A stretch of 56,129 nt of DNA. Origin: Oscillibacter sp. Lineage in GTDB: Bacteria > Bacillota > Clostridia > Oscillospirales > Oscillospiraceae. Of the stretch, positions 1 through 9,957 are shown one piece after another. The notes under the pieces are model-generated. The model ran no database searches. It was given only the letters and a program-made list of their open reading frames with translations, and had not been told where the DNA came from. The DNA is taken from NCBI GenBank assembly GCA_014799915.1, contig JAAVHD010000015.1, positions 14,367 through 70,495 of the forward strand. Reading direction: 5' to 3'. Position numbers and translations under genes: made by a program. Positions within the stretch are counted from its first letter, which is position 1, and each line of letters opens with the position of its first letter.

Positions 1-1461
1 AAGCTGGGCACCCTGGCACCGGACGCCTTTGACAGCACGGCGGAGGTCGTGGCTTTCGCGGAGCAGATCAACAAGCAGTTTACGCTTGCCGGCACCAACG
101 CCCAGGGGGCGCAGGCCGCCATGCTCCAGCTGACCCAGGCTATGTCCTCCGGTGTGCTGCGGGGCGAGGAATTAAATTCCGTACTGGAACAGGCCCCCAC
201 CATAACCCGCGCCATTGCCGATTACATGGGCGTGACCATCGGCGAAATGCGTGAGCTGGCCAGCGAGGGTCAGATCACGGCTGACGTGGTAAAGGCCGCC
301 ATCTTCGATGCGGCGGAGGAGACCAACGCGGCCTTTGATTCTATCCCGATGACCTTCTCCCAGGCTATGACGATGGTGAAAAACGAAGGGCTCAACGCCC
401 TGCGCCCAGTCCTGGAGGAGCTGAACAACTTCCTCAACAGCGACATCGGGCGGGACGCGCTGAACGGCTTTATCTCGGCGGTCCGCATGGGCGGGGAAAT
501 GCTGCTATGGCTGCTCCAGCTGGTGGAAAGCGGCGCGGCGTTCATTCAGGAGCACTGGGACACGGTTTCCACGCTTCTGATTGCCGGCGCGATAGCTATT
601 GCCGCGGTAATGACTTATTCAGCCATAAACTCTGCAATCGCATGGGCAACGATGAATCCAGTGCTCCTGCTCATTGTTGGCAGCATCGTCCTGGTGATCT
701 ACATGGCCCGGCAGATGGGGGCTACCTGGGAGGATATTTGCGGATTTATCGGAGGCGTTCTATACGAGCTGTACGCATTCGGCAACAACCTTATTGCCGA
801 CGTCTGGAATCGTCTGGCTATGTTCGCCGAGTTCTTTGCAAACTTCCTAAACCATCCAATAACTGCGACTGCCCACTTGATTGCTGATTGGGCCGATTGG
901 GTTCTAAGTGTCATACAGAGCCTGGCCAGCGCCATAGACGCCGTGTTCGGCAGTGATTTTGCCAGCGCGGTCAACAACTGGCGCTCCGGCGTGCAGGACT
1001 GGGCAAATTCCTTCGGTGAGAACGAGATTAAGATCCAGCGTATGGAGAAGATCCAGTACAACGACGCCTGGGATCGCGGCTCTGAAATGGGCCGCAGCGT
1101 TGGCGCCGCGCTGGACAACTTCAATATCTCCGACTTCATGAGCGGCATGGGCGGCAGCGGCTTTGATTATGACGCGCTGGCGGCGGCCTCCGGACTCAAC
1201 AGTACCCTCTCCGACATCGCCGGGGATACCAAGGCCATCCGCAACAGCGTGGCCCTCTCTGAGGAGGATATCAAACTGCTGGTGGACATGGCGACCCGGG
1301 AGTATGTGAACAACATCAACCTGACCGCCCAGACGCCCATCATTAACGTCACCGGCCAGAACACCGGCGACACTGAAATGGACAAGCGAGCCCTGGCCGA
1401 CGCCATCAAGGACATCCTGATCGAGGAGGCCGCCAGCCATACCGATCTTGCCTACACATAA
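1..1461 (+). CDS. Phage tail tape measure protein, C-terminal part (5-prime end outside window)
   Basis: Frame 1 is open from base 1; the listed start at 49 is an internal GTG. Contains a tape-measure-like segment AQGAQAAMLQLTQAMSSGVLRGEELNSVLEQAP and a hydrophobic central region. Sits directly upstream of baseplate genes. Confidence 0.85.
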   Translation, partial: KLGTLAPDAFDSTAEVVAFAEQINKQFTLAGTNAQGAQAAMLQLTQAMSSGVLRGEELNSVLEQAPTITRAIADYMGVTIGEMRELASEGQITADVVKAAIFDAAEETNAAFDSIPMTFSQAMTMVKNEGLNALRPVLEELNNFLNSDIGRDALNGFISAVRMGGEMLLWLLQLVESGAAFIQEHWDTVSTLLIAGAIAIAAVMTYSAINSAIAWATMNPVLLLIVGSIVLVIYMARQMGATWEDICGFIGGVLYELYAFGNNLIADVWNRLAMFAEFFANFLNHPITATAHLIADWADWVLSVIQSLASAIDAVFGSDFASAVNNWRSGVQDWANSFGENEIKIQRMEKIQYNDAWDRGSEMGRSVGAALDNFNISDFMSGMGGSGFDYDALAAASGLNSTLSDIAGDTKAIRNSVALSEEDIKLLVDMATREYVNNINLTAQTPIINVTGQNTGDTEMDKRALADAIKDILIEEAASHTDLAYT

Positions 1462-1470
1462 GGAGGCAGC

Positions 1471-2211
1471 ATGGAGAACAAATACGGCCTCTACATAGCC
1501 CACGAGGGAACGGTGGTACGCCTCCCGGTGAACCCGGAGAGCTATTCCATCACAAAGGACAACGACAACGGCAATTATAACGTCCTGGGCGTGGGCCCCA
1601 TCATGATCCCCCGGACGCCGAAGCTCCAGACAGCCGCCTGGTCCGGCCTCCTGCCGGGCCGGGCGGATCTGGGGGCGGTCCTGACGGCGGGAGCCTTCCA
1701 GCCGCCCAAGTTTTACATAGACTTCCTACAGACTGCCATGGACGAGAAGTGGATCGTCCGATTTGTAGCCAACCGCTATACGGAGGACGGCTCCCCCATT
1801 TTCGATACCAACATGGAGGCCATTGTCACCCGCTTCAAATCAGAGGAGCGGGGCGGGGAAACCGGGGATTTCTATTACGACATCGCCCTCAGCGAGTACC
1901 GGGACTACTCCCCGAAGACGGTCAAGCTCCAGCCATCGGCGGAAGTGGGCCAGCCCGTAACCGCCACGTCGGAGACCACCCGCTCCATTCCCCAGGGCCA
2001 ACTGACCGTAGGGCAGGCCGTGACGGTCAACGGGGACTGCTTTTACAATAGCTACGGCGGAGAGCCCCACGCGACCCTCTCCGGCTTTCGCGGTCAGATA
2101 TCCCGGATCGTCACTACCGACCCGCAGCGGCCCTATCCCTACCACATCGCTACCGAGAGCGGCGGCGCGAAGGGCTGGGTCAAGGCCAGTCAGATCCAGG
2201 TGGTGAGCTGA
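1471..2211 (+). CDS. Phage tail/baseplate protein in the XkdP position (SH3-like C-terminus, no obvious LysM)
   Basis: ATG preceded by aaggagg, 9 nt after the tape measure stop. Its stop overlaps the next start (TGATG at 2209-2213). C-terminal ...GGAKGWVKASQIQVV looks SH3-like. Confidence 0.55.
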   Translation: MENKYGLYIAHEGTVVRLPVNPESYSITKDNDNGNYNVLGVGPIMIPRTPKLQTAAWSGLLPGRADLGAVLTAGAFQPPKFYIDFLQTAMDEKWIVRFVANRYTEDGSPIFDTNMEAIVTRFKSEERGGETGDFYYDIALSEYRDYSPKTVKLQPSAEVGQPVTATSETTRSIPQGQLTVGQAVTVNGDCFYNSYGGEPHATLSGFRGQISRIVTTDPQRPYPYHIATESGGAKGWVKASQIQVVS

Positions 2212-3188
2212 TGGTATACGAGCTGATTATTCTGGAGAAGCGCACCGGCAACGCATGGGACGCGGCTCCGCAGGTTCAGAGTGTCACCTACACCACCAAC
2301 CGCACCGGCTCCCCCGGCACGCTGAAATTTACCGTGAACGCCTCCGGGGGCCTCTCCTTTGTGGAGGGCGACCCCGTCCGGTTCTCTGTGGACGGCCAGC
2401 TCATTTTCCTGGGCTGGGTGTTCACCAAAAGCCGGGACCGCTACGCCGTCATCGAGGTAACCTGCTACGACCAGCTCCGCTATCTGAAGGCCAGCGCCAG
2501 CTACTGCTTTACCGGCCGCACGGCGGGAGAGATCATCACCGAGATCGCTCAGGACTTCCAGCTGCAGGTGGGGAATCTGGACGATACCGGATATCCTATT
2601 CCTACTCTCATCATGGAGGAAAAGAGCTGCCTGGACATCATTTCCACCGCCCTCCAGCGCACGCTGCTGGCCACAGGGACGCTGTACACCTTCTTCGACG
2701 ACGGCGGCACGCTGTCCCTCCGGGAGGCGGGGGCCATGGTGGCAGAGGGCGTGGTGGGCACCTGCTCACTGCTGACGGACTACCAATACAAGACCGACAT
2801 CGACCAGCAGACCTACAACTCCATCAAGCTTTCGCGGCCCAATGAGGCCACGGGCCGGGCGGACGTGTTCCAGGTCATGGACAGCGGCAACATCAGCAGA
2901 TGGGGCCTTCTCCAGCTCTACCAGACGGTAGACGAGGCCATGAACGACGCCCAGGTAGAATCCCAGGCCCGGGCCATGCTCAAATATCACAACCGCCGCT
3001 TCCGCACGTTAAAAGTGCAAGCGCTTGGCATTTTGGGTCTGCGGGCGGGTCAGATGCTGATGATGGATGTGGACAACCTGGGGGACATCAACCTCCACAA
3101 CCTGGTCCTGCTGGAGCGGGTGACCCATACGTTCAAGAACGATCTGCACACAATGGAGTTTGAAGTCCAGGAGCTGGGGGTGGAATAA
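2211..3188 (+). CDS. Phage tail hub / late-control-D-like protein (XkdQ position)
   Basis: 325 aa, translationally coupled to the upstream gene. Size and position match XkdQ/gpD-like proteins of PBSX-type tails. Confidence 0.6.
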   Translation: MVYELIILEKRTGNAWDAAPQVQSVTYTTNRTGSPGTLKFTVNASGGLSFVEGDPVRFSVDGQLIFLGWVFTKSRDRYAVIEVTCYDQLRYLKASASYCFTGRTAGEIITEIAQDFQLQVGNLDDTGYPIPTLIMEEKSCLDIISTALQRTLLATGTLYTFFDDGGTLSLREAGAMVAEGVVGTCSLLTDYQYKTDIDQQTYNSIKLSRPNEATGRADVFQVMDSGNISRWGLLQLYQTVDEAMNDAQVESQARAMLKYHNRRFRTLKVQALGILGLRAGQMLMMDVDNLGDINLHNLVLLERVTHTFKNDLHTMEFEVQELGVE

Positions 3189-3190
3189 GC

Positions 3191-3712
3191 GTGGATCTAA
3201 CCGATGTCATGCGTCAGATGATGCAGCAGTCCATGGAGGGCTACGGCCTGTCCGACATGACCATAGGGACGGTCACCAGCGCGAAGCCGCTGAAGGTCAA
3301 GATCCGGGAGGGCATGGCGGACATCCCCCAGGAAGCCCTCCGCCTGACGGCGGCGGTGATCGAAAAGAAGATCCCCATTCTGGAGCATGAGCACATTACC
3401 GCCGGTTTCCGTCACGACCACGAGCTGCCGGACCTTTCTCATAGCCACAGCGGCGAGGAAGGCGATACCGGGCCGGCCCTGGAGGGAGAACTACGGACGG
3501 GCACCGCCCTGGACCCGGATGCCTATACGTCAGATCGGCGGCTGCTGAAGAAGGAGATCATCTGCTACGAGGACGGAAAGCCGCTCCCCGTGAAGGACGG
3601 ATACATCATCCTCAACCGCGCCCTGGAGACCGGGGACAAGGTCCTGATGCTCCGCGTCATGCGGGGGCAGCAGTTTATCATCCTTTCCCGCGTTTTTGAG
3701 AAGGAGGCATAG
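3191..3712 (+). CDS. Baseplate protein, XkdR-like (DUF2577-type)
   Basis: GTG start 2 nt after the previous stop. 173 aa with N-terminal MDLTDVMRQ...GTVTSAKPLKVKI typical of XkdR-like proteins. Gene order supports the call. Confidence 0.55.
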   Translation: MDLTDVMRQMMQQSMEGYGLSDMTIGTVTSAKPLKVKIREGMADIPQEALRLTAAVIEKKIPILEHEHITAGFRHDHELPDLSHSHSGEEGDTGPALEGELRTGTALDPDAYTSDRRLLKKEIICYEDGKPLPVKDGYIILNRALETGDKVLMLRVMRGQQFIILSRVFEKEA

Positions 3713-3714
3713 AT

Positions 3715-4125
3715 ATGGCCATGCTGCCGCAATCGAATATCGACCTTTCCCAGGGGATCGTCTTCCAGGACCAGCCCTCCCTTACCTGGATCGCCGACCC
3801 GGTGACCAACCGGCTCCGCGGCCGGGGCGATAACTGGGTGGCCGTCCGGCAGGCGGTGGAGGTCATCGTCAACGTGGAGCGCTTCAAGTGGCAGATCTAC
3901 ACGCCGAACTTCGGCACCGACTATGACGGCCTGTTGGGCACCGAGCCCGGATACGCCGCCTCTGAGCTGCGCCGGAGACTGGAGGATGCTTTCCTGCCGG
4001 ACAACCGGATACTGGGGATCAGAGACTATGCGTATACGTTCAAGGATGTAAGCCTGACCGTCACCTTCACCGTGGATACGGTGTTCGGCGACGTAACCAG
4101 CGGCATGGAGGTGAAACTGGCGTGA
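3715..4125 (+). CDS. Baseplate wedge protein, XkdS-like (gp25/W-like, DUF2634-type)
   Basis: aaggagg RBS upstream of ATG 3715. 136 aa, and its stop overlaps the GTG start of the baseplate J gene (GTGA at 4122-4125). Confidence 0.55.
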   Translation: MAMLPQSNIDLSQGIVFQDQPSLTWIADPVTNRLRGRGDNWVAVRQAVEVIVNVERFKWQIYTPNFGTDYDGLLGTEPGYAASELRRRLEDAFLPDNRILGIRDYAYTFKDVSLTVTFTVDTVFGDVTSGMEVKLA

Positions 4126-5234
4126 TCGACCTGAGCAAAAAGACCTACCGCAATATTTTGCAGGCCCAGCTGGACCGGGTGCCCAACTCCCTGGATAAGC
4201 GGGAGGGCTCCATGATCCAGACCGCCCTCGGGGCGGGCGCTTACTCCCTGGAGGAGTTCTACCTGGAGCTGGATCAGGTCCAGCGGGGCGCGTACTTCCA
4301 GACTGCCGTGGGGCAGGATCTGGAGTACCTGTCCGTGCTGGCCAATGTCCAGCGGTATCCCGCGTCCCCTGCGGTCCGGCTGGGCGTGTTCAATATCGAC
4401 GTGCCCATCGGCTCCCGGTTTTCCACCATCGACGGCGCGGACAGCGTCAACTTCATCGCCACGGAGAAGATCAGCGACGGACGCTTCCAGATGACCTGTG
4501 AGACCCCGGGAGCCATCGGCAATCAGTACACCGGCCCCATCCTGCCCATCACCTACATACAGGGCCTGACCTCGGCGGAACTGACGGACATCCTGATAGC
4601 CGGGGACGACACGGAGAGCGACGACGACCTGCGCAAGCGGGCTATCGACGCCCTGAACGAGCAGCCCTTCGGCGGCAACGTGGCGGACTACAAGCGGGTG
4701 GTGCTGGCTATCGACGGCGTGGGCGGCCTCCAAGTGTACCCCACTTGGGACGGAGGCGGCACGGTGAAGCTCAGCATCATCGGCGCGGACTGGATGCCGG
4801 CCTCCGAGCAGTTGGTGGAGACGGTGCAGAACACCGTTGACCCGCCGCCCGACCAGGGCCTGGGCTACGGCACCGCCCCCATCGGGGCGAAGGTGACCGT
4901 CACCACGCCGGAAACAGTGGAGATCAACATCTCCGCCGCGCTGGCCGCCGGCCCCGGCTACACCACCGCCCAGCTGGAAGGACCGGTAAAGCAGGCCATA
5001 GACGACTACCTCCTGGACATCCGCCAGGAGTGGGACAAACCGGAGGAATCCGGCCTGACCCACTATTCCTCCTGGGTATACGCCGCCCGGGTGACGGCGG
5101 CGATCCTGTCGGTGCAGGGCGTCGTCAACGTCACCGGGCTGACCATCAACGGCTCGGCGGCGGATCTCCAGCTCACGGAGGACGGCCTGCTCCAGCAGGT
5201 GCCGGTCCTGGGGGAGGTAACGGTCCATGCCTGA
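4122..5234 (+). CDS. Baseplate J-like protein (XkdT-like)
   Basis: 370 aa. N-terminus KTYRNILQAQLDRVPNSLDKREGSMIQTALGAGAYSLEEFY is typical of the Baseplate_J family. Gene order supports the call. Confidence 0.8.
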   Translation: MIDLSKKTYRNILQAQLDRVPNSLDKREGSMIQTALGAGAYSLEEFYLELDQVQRGAYFQTAVGQDLEYLSVLANVQRYPASPAVRLGVFNIDVPIGSRFSTIDGADSVNFIATEKISDGRFQMTCETPGAIGNQYTGPILPITYIQGLTSAELTDILIAGDDTESDDDLRKRAIDALNEQPFGGNVADYKRVVLAIDGVGGLQVYPTWDGGGTVKLSIIGADWMPASEQLVETVQNTVDPPPDQGLGYGTAPIGAKVTVTTPETVEINISAALAAGPGYTTAQLEGPVKQAIDDYLLDIRQEWDKPEESGLTHYSSWVYAARVTAAILSVQGVVNVTGLTINGSAADLQLTEDGLLQQVPVLGEVTVHA

Positions 5235-6108
5235 GACGCAGATCTGCAAATATTACCCGCCATGGTTCCGGCGCATCCTGGACTTCCAGGCCCTGTGCCA
5301 GACGGAGAAGGCGGAGCTGGACGCCATGGCGGAGGCCATGGACCAGATCCACAAGAATCTCTTTGTCCAGACCATGGACGAGGGCACCACGGCCCAGTGG
5401 GAGGTCATCCTCCGCATCCTGCCCACGCCGGACGAGACGCTGGAGTTCCGCCGCCTGCGGGTGCAGAACCGGCTCTCCCTGCGCCCGCCGTTTACCCTGA
5501 TCTTCCTGCGGGAGAAGCTGGATCTGCTCTTTGGCCCCGGCAACTACGAGGTGGAGGTGGACTATCCCAACTACACCCTGTATATCGAGGCCCCGGCGGA
5601 TAAGCAGGCGTATTTCACCGAGGTGTACGCCCTGCTGAACATCATCAAGCCCTGCCACATCGTCTATATCGCCCGGCCCAGGCTGGACAGCACGCTGCTC
5701 CTGTCGGAGCGGATCAGCCGGGGGCAGATGCTCTACAACTACATCCTTGGTTCGTGGCGGCTGGGGGAGAAGCCCTTCGCCACCTTCGAGGAACAGGAGG
5801 TTTTGAAATTGGAAACTATGCCCAGCGTTACCCCGGCGCTTTTGAACCAGACCGCCGCCTTTGTGGCCTCCGACGTGGCGTCGGTCCGCGTCAACGGGGA
5901 GATCGTCATCACCGCGCTGGCCCGCTCTACTTCCGGGGATGTGGGCAGCGTATCTTACACCATTCGGCGGAGCCAGACGGAGGAGGTCACCCTTTCGGAG
6001 CTGCTGGACAAGGATGGAAACGTGCTGTCCTCCAGTGCGGTGGTGATCCCGGTGCTGGAGGAGACGATGATGCTGCGGCACAGCTTCACGGTAAAGGAGG
6101 GAACGTGA
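5227..6108 (+). CDS. Phage tail protein, XkdU/YmfQ-like (P2 gpI-type, DUF2313)
   Basis: 8-nt overlap with the baseplate J gene. N-terminal YYPPWFRRILDFQALCQTEKAELD motif resembles YmfQ/XkdU proteins. Confidence 0.6.
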   Translation: MPETQICKYYPPWFRRILDFQALCQTEKAELDAMAEAMDQIHKNLFVQTMDEGTTAQWEVILRILPTPDETLEFRRLRVQNRLSLRPPFTLIFLREKLDLLFGPGNYEVEVDYPNYTLYIEAPADKQAYFTEVYALLNIIKPCHIVYIARPRLDSTLLLSERISRGQMLYNYILGSWRLGEKPFATFEEQEVLKLETMPSVTPALLNQTAAFVASDVASVRVNGEIVITALARSTSGDVGSVSYTIRRSQTEEVTLSELLDKDGNVLSSSAVVIPVLEETMMLRHSFTVKEGT

Positions 6109-6109
6109 C

Positions 6110-7717
6110 ATGGCGGAGAAACCTATCAAGACGCCGCTTCCGGCGGATCTGCCGGAGGACTGGAATATAGGCCAGACCGTAGCCCCTGACGGGACCGCTG
6201 TGGGCCTGACGGAGCAGCACGGGTATAACTATCTCATGGCGGCGGTGAACCGCGCCCAGAGGGGCGTGAACGAGGTCAATGAGGCCTTTGGGACGGTGAG
6301 CGGGAAGCGGACATGCCGCTTTGTTGTGGGAACGTCTACTGCTGGATGGACAGAGGCGGACTGTGACTATCTGTGCGATGGTGTGGATGATCAGGTGGAG
6401 ATTCAGCAGGCAATCAATACGCTTCCGGAAGGCGGCGGGGAAATCGTACTGCTTTCGGGAAACTATCAGTTGTCAGCGGATGTAAGTATTGCAGGGAAGA
6501 TTGAAAATCTCTCGATTACAGGGGAACCGGGCAGCACTATTCTTAGCGGCGGCCGTATAACTACTAATAACAGTCAGTCGCCTGTTGAGTTTTACATTTC
6601 TGGCATTGTCTTCAAAAAAAGCAGCGTGTCTGCGTATAATACATATCTTTCTGTAAAAAATTGTTCCTTCGAAAATTCCAATGTTTACTTTTATCAGACA
6701 CAATCTGATATTCCTGGAGAGTTTTTGTGCATTGGAAATCGGTTTTTGCTGAATGATGCGTCTGTAGAAAGTACGCAAATATACTGCTACAACAGTACGA
6801 ATACTCCAAATACAAACATTGTGATCTCTAATAATACGATCATTACGAACGAAGTGCTTGCATCCAGAAGTATCCTTGTCCGAGTTGGTGGACCAAGTGG
6901 CGGTGGAGGATTGTATACCATTAGCGGAAATGCGATACGTTGTATTTCGAAGTGCTATCTATTTTTACAGGCCCCTGGTACCGTTACAAACAATTTCTTC
7001 CATAATTGTGACGCTGATCTGTACGTTGGCGGGAATTTGGTGGGAAACCAATTCTTTGATTGTGATGCACGGGTAGATGCCGTGACTTTAAACACCAACA
7101 ACGTAAAGTGGTGCGCATCTGTATCTGGCAATACGGTGGAGAATGGGACAATTTCAGTGTCTGGCAATGTGGAAGTTACAGGAAATGCGGTTAATGCGGG
7201 CAGCACGGAAAAAGAATACGCAATCCGGCTTAGAAAGTTAGGGAGTAACGCTGCGGAAGATCAATTTCCGGTGGTGGTGGGGAATTATGTAGCCAATGGG
7301 AAATGCGGAATCCTCCTGGAAGAAGCCAATTCTTCTGGTGGAAATAATAATTGCAAAAATGCCATTGTCAATAGCAATCGCATCTACGGTTCACAGACCC
7401 CTATCAAAATTGGGGAGCATTGGAGCGGTTGCATGGTAACCGACAATCTGTTTACCACTGGCTCCATCGAGGACAATGGTACAGACAACATCGTCCGCTT
7501 CAACTCCGATGACCCCAGCACAGGCGGCGGCACCGCTGGTGTAACCACCTTCAACGGGCGCAGCGGGAAAGTAGTCCCCGGAAACGATGACTACACCGCG
7601 CCGATGGTCGGCGCGATCCCGGCCTCCGCTGTGAAGGACATCCAATCCATGACCCAATCGCAATACGACGCGCTGGCCTCGAAAAACGCCACAACGCTGT
7701 ATCTGATCAAGGAGTAG
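6110..7717 (+). CDS. Tail fibre/spike with right-handed beta-helix-like central domain
   Basis: Starts 1 nt after the previous stop. The high-GC conserved N-terminus and the C-terminus (GVTTFNGRSGKVVPGNDDYTAPMVGAIPAS) flank a low-GC core. The core is rich in N/S/T/G with short periodic repeats (ISGN, VSGN, VTGN). Confidence 0.65.
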   Translation: MAEKPIKTPLPADLPEDWNIGQTVAPDGTAVGLTEQHGYNYLMAAVNRAQRGVNEVNEAFGTVSGKRTCRFVVGTSTAGWTEADCDYLCDGVDDQVEIQQAINTLPEGGGEIVLLSGNYQLSADVSIAGKIENLSITGEPGSTILSGGRITTNNSQSPVEFYISGIVFKKSSVSAYNTYLSVKNCSFENSNVYFYQTQSDIPGEFLCIGNRFLLNDASVESTQIYCYNSTNTPNTNIVISNNTIITNEVLASRSILVRVGGPSGGGGLYTISGNAIRCISKCYLFLQAPGTVTNNFFHNCDADLYVGGNLVGNQFFDCDARVDAVTLNTNNVKWCASVSGNTVENGTISVSGNVEVTGNAVNAGSTEKEYAIRLRKLGSNAAEDQFPVVVGNYVANGKCGILLEEANSSGGNNNCKNAIVNSNRIYGSQTPIKIGEHWSGCMVTDNLFTTGSIEDNGTDNIVRFNSDDPSTGGGTAGVTTFNGRSGKVVPGNDDYTAPMVGAIPASAVKDIQSMTQSQYDALASKNATTLYLIKE

Positions 7718-7720
7718 GCC

Positions 7721-8614
7721 ATGCTGAAATTAGGGGATCAGAGTATTTCCGCCGCCTACCTCGGCGGGGTGAAAATCAAGAAGGCGTATCTGGGGGAAGC
7801 GGTCGTTTTCGACGTGTCGGAGCCGCCTGTCCCAACCTATACCATCACCGCCTCCATCGACCCCGCCGGGAGCGGAACGGTGTCCGGGGCCGGTACCTAC
7901 CAGGCGGGCGATACCGTCACGATCACCGCCGCGCCGGGGGATGGCTACCAGTTCACTGGCTGGCAGGAAAATGGGGTAACGGTCAGCGCGGACGCGGCGT
8001 ATACCTTCACCGTAACGGGGGACCGGACACTGACGGCGGTGTTCGAGGAGGTCAAGGCCAGCAGACTGCCTGCCGGGTATACGGAAGTTGAGTACATTCA
8101 AAACGCAAATACAAGTTCGTATATCAATACAGGAAAAGCGCTTCTCAATTCTACTCTTACTATGGAGATATCTGCTCCGGAGTGGAAATCCAGTTCTACG
8201 GCAAAATACTTGTTCAATTGCAACAGCGTATTTAATCTTTACGCACAATCCTCTAATATCAAGTTACTTCATTCATCCGGCTCAGCAAATACCTACACAG
8301 TCGGGGCAATGTCTACTGGCAAAATAAAAATCGATTGTTCCGGTAAATCGTTTACATTAAACGGAAACACCACTACTCTTGCGGCTAATAACAACGGTGC
8401 AAATATGACATTCCCCAACAAAACCGCCTCTAGCTCTTTGATCGTAAGAATATATTATGTAAAAAGCGTTAGAGCTGGCGATACATCCGCGACGTTTAAT
8501 TTTGAACTGATCCCGTGCATCAATCCAAGCGGTGTTGTCGGACTGTATGATTTAACAAATTCAGCATTTATACCGCCAACTGCTGGTACATTTATTGCTG
8601 GCCCAGCCGTCTAA
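7721..8614 (+). CDS. Second tail fibre / receptor-binding protein with an InlB-B-repeat-like (Listeria-Bacteroides repeat) domain
   Basis: Segment YTITASIDPAGSGTVSGAGTYQAGDTVTITAAPGDGYQFTGWQENGVTV...TLTAVF matches that repeat type. The C-terminal half is low-GC. Located between fibre 1 and the holin. Confidence 0.5.
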   Translation: MLKLGDQSISAAYLGGVKIKKAYLGEAVVFDVSEPPVPTYTITASIDPAGSGTVSGAGTYQAGDTVTITAAPGDGYQFTGWQENGVTVSADAAYTFTVTGDRTLTAVFEEVKASRLPAGYTEVEYIQNANTSSYINTGKALLNSTLTMEISAPEWKSSSTAKYLFNCNSVFNLYAQSSNIKLLHSSGSANTYTVGAMSTGKIKIDCSGKSFTLNGNTTTLAANNNGANMTFPNKTASSSLIVRIYYVKSVRAGDTSATFNFELIPCINPSGVVGLYDLTNSAFIPPTAGTFIAGPAV

Positions 8615-8758
8615 TCCACAACATCAAAGGAGATGAAAGGACAGTGTTCATCCTCTGCGCCAACAAAAAGCAACTGATCCTCCGACAGCCTCACAGAGGC
8701 AGAAAACAACGAGAATATTTCTATTAGGAAGAATAAATACGTCGAAAAGGAGTGCATC

Positions 8759-9238
8759 ATGGAACACGTAAACAGATTCAAGGCGGCAATCGCCGCAATC
8801 ACCGGCGCTCTGACAGCCCTGTGGGGCTGGATGGGATGGCTTGTGGTGGGGTGGATCGTGTGCATGGCGGCGGACTACCTCACAGGGTCCATGGCCGCAG
8901 CAAAGGCTGGAGAGTGGAACAGCGCCAGGGCTCGGGAGGGCATCTGGCACAAGTGCGGAATGATCGTGGTGGTTCTGGTAGCTGCCGGAGTAGATCTGCT
9001 TCTGGAGGCCGCACTGGAGAATCTGCCGGGGGTTCAGCTTCCGTTTGCCTTTGGCGGCATCGTGTGCCCAATGGTGCTGGTTTGGTACATCATCACAGAG
9101 CTGGGCAGTATCGCAGAGAATGGCGTATCGTTGGGTGCGCCAATGCCGGGCTGGCTGGTGAAGCTGCTGAAAATTGGGAAAGACGCGGTGGACTCGGCGG
9201 GAGAGAAGATCGTGGGGGAACGTGATGGTAAGCAGTAA
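8759..9238 (+). CDS. Phage holin (Phage_holin_4_1 / toxin-secretion-lysis holin type)
   Basis: aaggag RBS. 159 aa with several hydrophobic helices and a conserved YIITELGSIAENG-like motif. Immediately precedes and overlaps the endolysin gene. Confidence 0.75.
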   Translation: MEHVNRFKAAIAAITGALTALWGWMGWLVVGWIVCMAADYLTGSMAAAKAGEWNSARAREGIWHKCGMIVVVLVAAGVDLLLEAALENLPGVQLPFAFGGIVCPMVLVWYIITELGSIAENGVSLGAPMPGWLVKLLKIGKDAVDSAGEKIVGERDGKQ

Positions 9239-9887
9239 AGATCCTCTTGCAGTCGCCAGAGGCGAGCTGGGGAATACCGAGAGCCCCGCCGGGAGCAACC
9301 GGACCAAGTACGGCAAGTGGATGGGGCTGGACGGCCAGCCCTGGTGTATGTCGTTCGTCCAGTGGTGTTTCGATCAGGTAGGCGCGAAGCTGCCCCTGAA
9401 GACAGGCTCCTGCGGCGAGCTGATGCGGGCCGCGCAGAAGGCCGGGTGCTGGGTGACGCGGGACTTTCTGCCGAGGGACGTGGTGATCTACGATTTTCCC
9501 GGCGGTGCTGCTACAGACCACTGTGGAATCGTGGAGTTCCCGCTTCCGGACTACGGCGTGCAGGCCATTGAGGGAAACACCAGCGAGTCCGGGAGCCAGA
9601 GCAACGGCGGTATGGTCTGCCGGAAGAACAGGCCGATGAAGTACATTGTAGGGGCCGTAAGGCCGCAGTTTGACGAGGAGACGGAGGACAACGATATGGC
9701 GTATTACAAGACACTGAATGACGTGCCGGAGAGTTATCGGGAAACCATCCGTAAGCTGATGGAGAAGGGTGCGCTGAAGGGACACAGCGACCCGGACCCC
9801 AGCAGGCTGGATGACAATGTGCTCAATATCTCGGATGATATGTGCCGGGTCCTCACCGTGCTGGATAATCTGGGAAAGCTGGACTAA
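9225..9887 (+). CDS. Endolysin, CHAP-domain peptidoglycan hydrolase
   Basis: The ATG at 9225 overlaps the holin end by 14 nt; the listed ORF start 9174 is probably too early. Carries the CHAP-like motif SNRTKYGKWMGLDGQPWCMSFVQWCF with downstream H and N residues. Has a separate C-terminal domain. Confidence 0.75.
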   Translation: MVSSKDPLAVARGELGNTESPAGSNRTKYGKWMGLDGQPWCMSFVQWCFDQVGAKLPLKTGSCGELMRAAQKAGCWVTRDFLPRDVVIYDFPGGAATDHCGIVEFPLPDYGVQAIEGNTSESGSQSNGGMVCRKNRPMKYIVGAVRPQFDEETEDNDMAYYKTLNDVPESYRETIRKLMEKGALKGHSDPDPSRLDDNVLNISDDMCRVLTVLDNLGKLD

Positions 9888-9915
9888 ATAAACGGCAGGG
9901 CAGAGCAATGATACG

Positions 9916-9957
9916 AAAAAGTAGCCTCCACAGGACTTTCCTGCGGAGGCTACTTTA
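9916..9957 (+). terminator. Rho-independent terminator closing the phage lysis cassette
   Basis: Hairpin gtagcctcc-a-cagga-ctt-tcctg-c-ggaggctac (9921-9953) followed by tttat. Confidence 0.55.

Noticed and set aside
4026-5249. 407-aa minus-strand ORF, plus many 60-300-aa ORFs on both strands, inside the prophage tail genes
   Set aside because: They overlap the baseplate J and neighbouring genes, which have family-typical sequences and coupled starts. The shadow ORFs are Arg/Gly/Pro/His-rich with no RBS.
6110-8614. Diversity-generating retroelement targeting the tail fibres
   Set aside because: There is no reverse transcriptase gene in the prophage part seen here. I found no template/variable repeat pair near the fibre C-termini.
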